A stretch of 64,000 nucleotides of DNA, from assembly GCA_004431415.1 (NCBI GenBank), contig QPMI01000599.1, forward strand, positions 186,001-250,000. Direction: 5' to 3'. Of this stretch, positions 27,342 through 37,479 are shown one piece after another. Positions within the stretch are counted from its first letter, which is position 1. Every line of letters begins with the position of its first letter. The position numbers and the translations under genes were made by a program. The notes under the pieces are model-generated. The model made no database searches. It was not told where the DNA came from and saw only the letters and a list, made by a program, of their open reading frames with translations. Origin of the DNA: Cyanophora paradoxa CCMP329 (taxonomy: Eukaryota; Plantae; Glaucophyta).

Positions 27342-27665
27342 GCCCCTCCCGTAGTCTCCTGTCGCGAACTTCAATTCGTGCTCTAGTTCTTTTTTGAAGG
27401 CTTCGTTGTTTATTGCGTTTCTCGCGCATGCGAAACAGGACGGCAGCTGCGCATGCAGTGTTAGGGAAAGGCTCATGCGTAGGCGTGCTGGCCCAGTGGG
27501 GCTCGGCCGCAGCTGCGGCGCGATATCGATACAAACTAGTACTTGAAACAGCTGCATACACTGTGACAATGCAAGATTCAAGGCTTCAGTCGACGCCCGA
27601 ATTTCGCATCCGGAATTCACTGCAGCTGCCAGAATAAATATTCGAATTCAATTCGACTCGCGAAG

Positions 27666-28037
27666 CTACGCTGGCGCCTCCCGCGCCAGCTCGGTCGGAG
27701 CCGTCGAGCCCCCCGTGGACCCCATGCCGCCCGCGAGGCCGGCGCCCATCACATCGACGCCGGCCCGCCGGGCGAGCGACTCTTCCTCCGCCGAGACGCG
27801 CGTCTCCTCCTTTCGCGGGCCAGCGGAAAGGCTCGCGAAAATGTCGCCCGTGCCTTCCGGCTCCTCCTCGTTCGAGGGCCCGCGAGCGAGTGCGCCGATG
27901 CTCTCCCCAAACGTCTCTGGCTCCTCCCCGGGGAGCGGCCCGCGGGCGAGGTCCGAAATCGAATCGCGGACGTTGATGGGATCCGGGGCCGAGAGAGCGG
28001 AGAACGCGTCCGAGAGGGTGAGGCCCTGCGCAAGCAT
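27666..28037 (-). CDS. Small intronless acidic hypothetical protein with internal repeats
   Basis: MLAQGLTLSDAFSALSAPDPINVRDSISDLARGPLPGEEPETFGESIGALARGPSNEEEPEGTGDIFASLSAGPRKEE...; coding-like composition between two intergenic blocks. Confidence 0.5.
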   Translation of the reverse strand: MLAQGLTLSDAFSALSAPDPINVRDSISDLARGPLPGEEPETFGESIGALARGPSNEEEPEGTGDIFASLSAGPRKEETRVSAEEESLARRAGVDVMGAGLAGGMGSTGGSTAPTELAREAPA

Positions 28038-28315
28038 GCGGGAGTTCAACGAAATTAGGCGAGTAAACGCGCACGAGAGCTAGCTATAGTGCCCCGAGCG
28101 CGTGCGTCGACGCGTACGTCGGCCCCGGGAATTATATTTGTTCCAATATTAATCGCATGCATTCGAATTCGCGAAATTACTCGCCTCAGGCGCGTCGGGA
28201 TCGCCTGCCGTCAGGGCGCGCGCCATGCGGTCGAGCAGACCCTCCTTGTGCTCGCGTTGCTCGGCCATTTTTGTTGTGTTGCTGATGCGTGCGCGTATGG
28301 GTACGCATTCAAACT

Positions 28316-29215
28316 ATGGGCATCCAGCGGCGGGAGCTCGAAATAGGCGGGTCGGCGTTCGTCCTGCGGTCTCTGGAGGTGGGGGACTTCCACAAGGGTG
28401 CGCCGACGGGCGCGCGCGTCTCGGCCCGGCCGGGCGTGAGCGACTGACCGCTCCCCGCGCGCAAGGCTTTTTGCAGCTCCTGGGCCAGCTCACGACGGTC
28501 GGGGATGTGACGGAAGAGATGTTTATCCGTGCGCACGTGGCCCGCTCGCGCAGCTAGTCCCGGCTGGCCGTCGCGCGAAGACCACTTAGCTGCGGCCGCC
28601 CAGCGCGCCCCGAAGCGGGCCCGACCGCCTCGCGCGGCTCCCAGGCATTAGAATGACTCGTTTTCGCCGCAGAGAGGGTCCGAGAGATCGAGGCGGCGCG
28701 GGACCACTACCACACCGTTGTCCTCGAGGACGCCGCCAAGGGCCGGGTCGTCGCGTCGGCACGCCTGCTCGTCGAGCGCAAGTTCACGCGCGGCTGCAGC
28801 CTCGTGCGCCCCCGCCTCCGGCGCCGGCCGGCCGCATCGTCTCCGAACGCGCGCCGCCGGCCGCAGTGCGGGCACATCGAGGACGTCGTCGTCGATGAGA
28901 CGTACCGGGGGAAGAACCTCGGGAAGTGGTGCGCGAGCGCGCTGCGCCGTGCCGCGGATCCGGAGCGGCCTCTCACGCTTCTCCGCGTCTCGCGCAGCGT
29001 CATCGACGAGCTCGTTTCCGTGGCAAAGGCCGCCGGCTGCTACAAGGTCCGCCCGCCATCCGGCCATCCGGCGCCAGCGCTGCCTCAGCGAGCCTGGGCC
29101 CGGGCCCCGGGGCGGCGCCTCGCAGGTGATCCTGGACTGCGCCGACAAGAACGTCCCCTTCTACGAGAAGTGCGGCTTCAAGCTTCACGAGGTGCACATG
29201 TCTCAGTACCTGTAG
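28316..29215 (+). CDS. GNA1: Glucosamine-6-phosphate N-acetyltransferase (GNAT)
   Basis: FVLRSLEVGDFHKG|FLQLLGQLTTVGDV, LLVERKFTRGCSL|CGHIEDVVVDETYRGKNLGK, GCYK|VILDCADKNVPFYEKCGF; TAG 29213-29215. Confidence 0.95.
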
Positions 29216-29363
29216 GCTGCAGGCAGGCTTGGCTAGAGGCAGTTAGATCTCCTTGCATTCCAGCTTTGTGTACTAGAGGCATCCGCGGCGGCCGGAGCGG
29301 CCGGCGCCAAGAGCACGGGGCGTGCGGCGTTTCATTCATTGCAGAGATGCGCCGCAGCGCCGC

Positions 29364-29639
29364 TCACTCCCACATGGGCTTGCTCTTCTTGACGACCTCG
29401 AGGTACTTCTTGGAAGCGCCGCCCACGACGACGCGCTCCTCTCCCAGCGTGTCCAGCTTCCCCACCTTGTCCTGGGAGTACGCGCTCAGACGGGTCCTGC
29501 GTCACAGAGGCGGGAGGGCCCGCGCACGTTTGCTGGGGCCGGCTCGGCCGCGCTCGAGCCGTACATCGCTTGCAGCGCCTTCATGCGCGCGACGGCCGCG
29601 GCGCTGGGGACACCGGGTCAGAAGCGCGTGGGAGGGCTC

Positions 29640-29671
<32 letters not shown>

Positions 29672-31243
29672 CTCGGCGCCTTCTTCTCCTCCGGAGGGGG
29701 CGCGGACGACGAGGAGCCGCCGCGCGGGGAGCTGCGAGGCGGGGCGTGAACGGAAGCGGATCAGATGGAGGGCGGGGGCCTCACGGGCTGCGCCGCCGCT
29801 TGGGGCTCCGCGAGCGGTCGCGGCTGCGGCTCCGCTTGCGGTCATCCCTGTCGCGCGACCGGCTCCTGCTGCTACGCCTCCGCCCTGCGGCCCGGTGAGG
29901 CCCGCCGGCGTGCCCTGGGGTACGCCGCTCACCGCGGTCGCGGCTCCTGCTCCTGCTGCGACTTCTCCGCCTGTCGCGGCTCCGGTCTGCGAGAGCGAGC
30001 GGGGAGTGAGCGGCAAGCCGGGTGCATTCAAGAGCGGAGCGGCGGCCGCACCGCGATCCCTGTCCCTGTCCCTGTCCCTGTCGTCCCGCCGGTCCCTGTC
30101 TCCGCCATCCCGCTCCCGCTCGCGCTCCTTGTAGCGCTCCCTTTGCTCCCTATCCATCTTCCTCAGCTCCTTCGGATCCCTGTCCGGCGGCTTGTTTCCC
30201 ACGCCGCCCGTCGCTTCCTGCGAACACTTATCATCCGCGGCGGGGGGCATGGCACCGCGCGTCCACGCAATAGCGCGCCTTCGCGAACACGCTCTCCTTG
30301 TCGCGGGCCTTTGCTTCCTGTGCGGCCCTCTCGATCGGCTCCATCTTGCGTTCTATGTCCCGCAGGATCGGAACAGGGATGCGCGGGAATCGTGTCTCGA
30401 AGAACTTGTCCTGTCTGAGAAGCTCACGGCAGAACTTGCCGATCGTGCTGCGGGCGGATCAGAAGCGCGCAGGGAATGCGAGCGCATCTTGCGCACATGG
30501 GTTTGCCCTTACCCTCGCCGCGAACGGCGATGGGCTCGTCGTCCTCGACGTAGTACTGGAACCAGTCGTTCCAGAGCTTCGCCGGCGGGTATGTGTACCG
30601 AAGATAGAGGAAGCCGATAGCACGGATGTACCTGCGACGCAGAGGAAGGGACGGGCGCGGCGAGCGGTACGCATAAGAAAGGAATGGTAAGGTTCGCTTT
30701 GAGGGGTTTTGGGGCGCACGGAGAGTCTGTGTGGTCCGTAAGGTTTCGCATCTGCTTGTAAGTGAGCTTCAAGGTGTAGAGCTTGTACAGAAGGCAGAAG
30801 GCTGTGGTCGGGTTCCGCGTCACTCCGATGAACGGCTCTGCAAGGGCGAGGGCGGTCAGCGGCGGGGCCCGGAGCGCGGGAGGGAAGCACCACCGCGGGT
30901 GCATGCGCACACCCAGTGTGTCAACTTTGTAGTAGATCTCGTCGATGACCTCGTGGAAAGTCTTCAGCTCGCTGCCGGCACGGCCTCAGCGGCGCCGGCG
31001 CAGGCCGCACCCACGCGAACGCACTAGCATTGGTATTTAAAGTACGCTGACTGCTGGATGTTGAGCCAGAGGACCGGCTCCATGTTCATCTTCGCCGTCT
31101 CCTCGCCCTGGCCGCCCGTGAGAACACGCATCGCTCGAAGGATTCGAATGGCGACCAAAGCGTGCTCAAGCGGAGCGTCGGCGTGGCAGGGCGCGCACAT
31201 AGATCGGCAATTTTCCCACCGTGCTCCCCTCCTCTTCCGCCAT
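29364..31243 (-). CDS. PRPF38B: Pre-mRNA splicing factor PRP38B with RS/RD-rich tail
   Basis: MNMEPVLWLNIQQSAYFK, ELKTFHEVIDEIYYKV, PTTAFCLLYKLYTLKLT..Q...L.DHTDSP|YIRAIGFLYLRY, FFETRFPRIPVPI, followed by RD/RS repeats; stop 29364-29366. Confidence 0.93.
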
Positions 31244-31729
31244 GTTGCCGTGCTGCAGCAAACTACCACTGCGCTGCAATCCCGCACCTCGAGCTCGCGC
31301 CTGCGGCTAGCTCGAGCTCGACAAAGCTCGTTCAAGGAGGGGTACTATGCTAACGCTGAGCTTTTGATCCCGTTCATGGAGCATCGAAAGTAGCTGAAGC
31401 TATAGCTTTACGGACAAGGTTAGTTGAGCGGTTCCGTCAAGCTGACAAGGCCACGCTTCTAAGCGGCGTGACCAAGGCACACTGTGACAAGCGTGCGAAC
31501 AATTGAGAGACGAAATATGTCGATGGCCGCGGCCTTCTCGAGCTCGAAGCTACTGTACTGTTCTTATACATCACTGAGGACGTAACAGAAATCATCTCAA
31601 TGGAGGTTGAAATCGCTATTAACCCGCCTGTACAACCATCCTTTGGAGAGAAAGGAGAGGAAAAACTACGGCGTCGGCGCCGCGTGGACGTCGGAGACAG
31701 CCCGACGTGAAATGGGGGGAACGCATCGC

Positions 31730-32874
31730 TTAGGCGCGCTCGGGCTCGATGAGGCCGTAGCCGCCCTCGTGGCGCTCGTAGACGACGTTGATCTCGTTGG
31801 TCGCCTTGTTGCGGAACCTGGCAGAGAGCCGGTAAGGGCTTTTCAAGGACAGCAAATGCATAAAATTTAGAAGTCGCTCACACGTAGAAGTCGTGGTCGA
31901 GGTAGCCAAGGCACTCCAGGGCGTCCTGCGGCGCGGCCGTCAGGCGGATTGCGGGCAAGCGGCGGAGGATGACAGCTACGCACATCGACGGTCATAGCGG
32001 GCATGGGGAACTGCTTCTTCTTGACGACAACCGGGGCGGGCGCGGCGAAGACCTCGGCCTCATCGACGCCCGGCGCCGGGGAAGGCGAGTCCTTGGCGCG
32101 GGGGTGCTTGTCCTGGCGCTTCTCCTTGTACTTCCGCAGATTCCGGCCGATCTAGTGATACAAAGCGTCAGGATGAGAGGAACACGCGGGGAGGCTCCGC
32201 CGCGAACCTTCTCCGAAACCAGATCAATCGAGGCGTAGAGGTTCTCAGTGCGCTCCGAGGCGCGAAGGACCTGACGGCACGAAACCATGTTGACAAAGGC
32301 CTGCAAAGACGAGACAAGCGGAGATGGACCTGGCCTTGCGCGTAGACGGTCACCTCGGCGCTCTGGGTGAAGTGCACGCGGGGGTTCTTGGAGACCTGGA
32401 GGTGGACGTCCACGCCGGTAACGAAGTTCTTGAAGGTCTCGACGGAGTGCCCGATCTTCTCCTCGACGTACGCGCGGATGGCCTCGGTCAGTTCGATGCC
32501 ATCTGAGTGATTTTGTCAGCGGTTGCGGCAAGTTCCGCCGCCGAAGCGCCCTTACCGCCGGTGATCTGCATGGAATACACGCTGGATCGCGGATCGGGCC
32601 ACGTCAGCGACGCCAGCAGCGCGGCGGCCGAGGTACGTACGCACCCACGGCCAGAGCCGGTCGACATGGTCATCGCGTGGCAGTTGCGAGCGAAGGTGAA
32701 AGTGCGTGCCGGGCGGACGCCATGGAAGGAGAAGAAGGAGGAGCGGGACGCCGGAGCGATGTCCGAGAATGTCGGGATGGCCCGGGGAGCGGCGGACGCG
32801 CAGATAGACGCCGATGAGGCGACAGCCTGCGTGGCCGAGACGCCGCGAGTCGGGACGTTGAGGACGAAGGCCAT
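31730..32874 (-). CDS. PSRP1: Plastid-targeted long hibernation promoting factor (PSRP1/LrtA, S30AE family) with transit peptide
   Basis: Transit peptide MAFVLNVPTRGVSATQAVASSAS...; IELTEAIRAYVEEKI, VDVHLQVSKNPRV...AEVTV, VLRASERTENLYASIDLVSEK|IGRNLRKYKEKR; C-terminal domain KKKQFPMPAMTVD..ALECLGYLDHDFYV|FRNKATNEINVVYERHEGGYGLIEP. Confidence 0.92.
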
Positions 32875-34364
32875 TGTGACGATGAGCAAGACTCGATCTA
32901 AATGATCACGTACCCCAAGGGCAGTCAGTGGCAAAAACGCGCAGTGCTGCGGCTACCCGGAATTCGAAGCGTGCGCGTGCGCCGCTCGCGCCGTTCTAGA
33001 GAGCGCGAATGTCGCCTATTTCGGCTCGCCACCGCGCTGCATGCGCTGCGCCGCGGCGGTCGCTGCAGCGCAAGCTGCAGCTGGCACCGCGCGCCGCAGT
33101 ACCGGCACCGTACGCGTAGTAGTAGTACTAGTGCATCGATATCTGCGCATATGCATGCCGTCTGATCATGACCGACTACGCGGCCCTCTCGATCTGCACA
33201 TGCATATGCACATGCACATGTACATGTACGTGCACACGTGCATGTGACGTCGACATTAATATTTGCCCGCGCCACGTATACGTACGCGTATAGCTAGTGC
33301 GCATGCGTGCGCGCACGTACCGTGCACGGTAATCAATCATGATCAGCTGGAGCTGCAGAGCGTGAAATAAATTGATTGACCTTGCCAAGTTGCGATCGAA
33401 TTCGAAACATGGCTCATGATCATGATCAGTCACTGAGTGGCCCATATGCATGCAGTACTAGTGGCCCAGTTATGAGCTCAAATTTTAACACCGTGGCATT
33501 CAATGATTCTAGTTGAAGATTGAAGTCAAATGGGATCGAAATTCGAACGCTAGCCGCTTATATTAGCATCACTCGTACCGGAATCGATCTAGATCTGGCG
33601 CGAAAGCAGAGTATATACGTAATTAGAAAACATGCACACAACACTGCCGGCTGTGACAAAATACACTGTGACACTGAGACACGTGTACGTGCACTGTGCA
33701 CCATCTCATCGCAATCTGGGAAAGCCGATAAGCCGATCATGACTTAGTAACCTATATAGCTAGGCCTCATCGTGTAACTAATTAATGGAAATCGGCGCAG
33801 ACTCTGTGACTGCCACGTACAATCATTCAAAGGCAAGCTCTATCTACAAACACTGCGACATGCAGATCTAGATAAGCGTCTCAAGTGCACTGCGGCTGTG
33901 AGTCCTTTGAAATTCTCAGAGGCTCTCTAAATCTTAGCTACATGCACACTGTATACGTATATGATACGATTACGTACTCCCAGAGCAAAAAACAATTCGA
34001 AATCTGAAATATGCTACATGCACCAAAAATTTTAATCTAGACAACTTTGTGGCCTGTTCAAGCACAACCGTCTTTACAATTGTCTGTCGGCGAAAATCAA
34101 AGACTGTATCGCGTATACGTACTATGCACGGAAAACCTTTTCGTTCGCGGGCTGTCTGTTTATCGATCGATCTCGCGAGCGAATGAAGAAAACACTGCTA
34201 TCGGTGCGCTGCGAGGGTGGGGACAGGACCTGGAGGAAGCGGAGGGGGCCCAGGGTGCGGCGCCGGCCTGGCGCGCCACACGCTTCGGGGGCGGGGCGGG
34301 TGTGGGGGGAGACACTGCGGGCGGCGCCGTGGACGGAGGAGGGTGCGGGGCGGGGCGGGCGCCG

Positions 34365-36491
34365 TCAGCCCGAAGACTTGGAGCGGGCGGCGCGGCCGGG
34401 CCCCGGCTGGCTCCCCGGGCTCACGGCCGCGGGGGACGTCGGCATGGGGGAGGCGGGGCCCAGAAAGGCGCCGGGCACGCGCTCCCCGGCGATCGCGAGG
34501 GGCGCGGGGAGGCGGGCGGCGCCGAAGGGGGGCAGAAGCATCGGGATCGAGCCCAGGCCGCCCGGGCCCGCCGCCAACACGGGCGCCGGCACGCCCGGCG
34601 GGAGCCGCGCCGCTGCCTGCGGAGGCGTGGAGCCGTGAGCCTCGAATGCAGCGCTGGCCGGGGCGAAGCAGAGGGGAAGTACCCCCGCGGAGGCGAGCAG
34701 GGGCCCCGCCGGCGCCAAGGCGAGCCCGCCGAGGGCCCCGGGGGGCGTTGCGAGGAAGGCCGGCCGCAGCATGACGCCGTGCACGGGGCTCAGGCCGGGA
34801 GCAGCGGCGGCGGCCGGCGGGAGGGAGGCCGGGTCGGGGCCCCAGCCGACGGGGAGGTAGACGAGGGGGACGCTGGCGAGGGAGGGGGCGGAGTCGGAGC
34901 GGGGCCGGAGGCGGCTGGGGCTGGGCACCCCCAGCTGCAGCATCGCCTGCGCGTCCAGCTCCTCCGACTTGCGCTTCTTCGGCCTCCGCATCTTGTTCTT
35001 GACTGCGCGCGCCAGTTCAACCCCCGCGGCCGGATGGTGTCAAGAGGGTGGCGCGAACGCACATCTCAGGCCGGGGTACATCTTTTCGAACTCTTCCTTG
35101 GCCTCCTGAGCCAGGGCGGCGTACCTTTGGGGTTACGGCGCGTCAGGGATGCGTGCGCGGCCGCAGGGGGTTCGCTCACCGATCCTTTTCCTCCTTTGGA
35201 AGCGCCTTCCACGTCTGCCCGTCGCGGGTTCGATTCCCGGCGAGAGAGAATCGAATCGTGGCCGCGGACCTTGCCGAGCATGGCGGAGATTTCAGTGTTG
35301 GCAAGGTCCGGGTACTCGGCCGCGAAGCGCTTGCGGAACTGCGCAGGTGTGAGGCGTGCCTCGCGATCGAAGTCTAGGGCCTCCGGGATCTGATCGAGAT
35401 CGAGGGCGGGGATCGCAGAGCGTATGCACATGCGCACCGTGTTCGAATATATCATGAAGCCGTTGCACTGCGGTAATGAATGTCAGGGCGCCGCGCGATA
35501 CCGCCAACGGGGTACCGGTGCGCCCGGGCGCCCGGGCCGGGGGGGTGCGGACCGGGCGCCTGGGCAGCTCTCCGGACGCGGAGTCGCGTCGGAGGGGCGG
35601 GGCGCTGGGGCCGGCGCCGGCGGGGGCGCGGCTGGGGTCCACGGGGGCGGGGGAGACGTTGCTCGTGAGCTCCTCGAGCTCGCTGGCCCCGTCGCCGTCG
35701 CTCTCCTGCTCGCGATCGGTTCGTTCGGCTTCGGAGTGGAGTGGCGGGGCGGTGCGGGGGCGGGGCGGGGGCGCGGACCAGCTTGACGTCGAGGGAGGAG
35801 GCGCTGGGGACGGAGGCGACGGAGCCGAGGGAGGCGGTGCGGCTGAAGCGGTGGCCCTCCGCCTCGCTCCAGCTCCCCGGCGCCGAGAGCGAGAGCGAGG
35901 CCGCCGAGGCCGGCCCCGCCTGCGAGGAGGCCCCCGAGCGGCGCCCCGCCGAGAGCCGCGCCGCGAGCCGCTCCGCCGCCGCCGCGATCGCGTTCCCGTC
36001 GGCGCTCTCCCACGGCGGGGCTGAGAGCTCGGCAGCGATGGCCGATGGCGAGCGGAGCGCCGGCACCGGGGGCCTCGCGAAGGGCCGGGCCGCCGACTCG
36101 GAGGCGGCCCCGGAGCTGGAGCTCGAGGTCGACGCGCCCAGGCCCACGAGCGGATCGGCATCGAGGGCGCCGACGCCGGCGCCGGAACAGGTTGCAAGGA
36201 AGGACGGTTCGGGCGGGCCGGCGATCGCCGAGTCGATCGAAGCCCAAGGGATGGGGAAGCCAGGGAGGCCGGCAAAGGGCGACGCGGCGTTGAAGAACTG
36301 GGACGCGTGCACTTGGGCGACGAGGTCCGCCCAGTCGGGGAAAGAGGATCCAGGCTGGCATGGCATGCCCCCGGGGACTGCGACGGCGGCGGCCGCGAGA
36401 GAGCGAGTCACGCGGGCGCCGGGCAGGGCTTGCGCAGCGCGGAGCGCTAGCGGAAGCCGGGCGGGGGACGCTCACAACTCGTTGTGTCCAT
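34365..36491 (-). CDS. Single HMG-box transcription factor (SOX/TCF/MATA-like) in a low-complexity protein
   Basis: Spliced box LPRRP|CNGFMIYSNT|FRKRFAAEYPDLANTEISAMLGK|TWKALPKEEKDR|YAALAQEAKEEFEKMYPGLR|FKNKMRRPKKRK. Probable ATG 36491 (MDTTS|...). Confidence 0.88.
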
Positions 36492-37073
36492 GAAATAAGA
36501 CTTCAGAAGAGCTCGGGGGACACCGGAGGGACGACGCCCGAGGGCGGGGGGCGGCCGAGCAGCCGGCGGTCGGTCTGGAACTGAAGGTGCCGCAGCGTCA
36601 GCGCGTGCGGCGCATTCCGCACTGGGGGAAGCACGAGCGTGCGATGAGAAAGGCGGACCGTAGCGCGGAGCATGGGGCGGGTTGTCGGCTCCAATGGTCG
36701 CTTCACGCGGGCTGAAAGCTGGCGGGACTCGGGGCTCGCCGAGTCGCGTCTCGTACGCGAGCGGAGTCGACTGCCGGTGGCTGCTGCTGCTGGTTTACGC
36801 GCGCGTCTACGGCCGGCCGATCGATCCGCCGCTTTCTGCAAGCCAGCTGCCCAGCAGATCGCACGCGGTACCCGGGGCGGCAAGGCCGAACATCCACTTT
36901 TTTCGCGCGCCTGAGTGAGCACGGGACTCCATGACCGGCCAAAAAAACAGTTGAGTTTCGACCAATCGCGCTCGGTTGCGAGCGTGCATGAATGCGAAAA
37001 GCACAACCCGCGTGACGCGGTCGGGCCACGCGATCGCGGAGAATCGCCGGTGAATGGGCCCCGGGAGCCTCCG

Positions 37074-37103
37074 ATATATATATATATATATATTATATAA
37101 TAT
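37074..37103. repeat. (TA)n microsatellite / AT tract upstream of the HMG gene
   Basis: ATATATATATATATATATATTATATAATATA. Confidence 0.8.
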
Positions 37104-37479
37104 AAACGCGGCGATTGAAGCCGCGATTCCCGACGAATTTCCCGTTCCTGAATCTGGACGTGTCCCTTCAACGCTACTAGCGCCGTCTAGCGGATCTAGA
37201 ACTTACTAGAAGTCGACAACCGCGCGCGAGCGGCGGGTACGTATACGTACCAGTGTACCACGTACGCGTAGATACTTACGCGGCGCGGCGCGCCGCGCGC
37301 GGCCGGGCGCGCGCCGCGCGGCGGCTGTTGCGGCCCCACTTGCGGGTACGCGCGGCATTATGCCGGCAATGGCCCGGCATACGCCGTGACGTACCGCCGC
37401 TTACGCCGTGATGGTTGCGTTCGATTCGAGGCATACATGTACACGAGAGACGCGTGCGGATTTCGAGGCGGGCCTGGGC

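Noticed and set aside
24393-31243. Functional clustering of splicing genes (SF3B5, PRP38B)
   Set aside because: Only two genes, separated by unrelated ones; compatible with chance.
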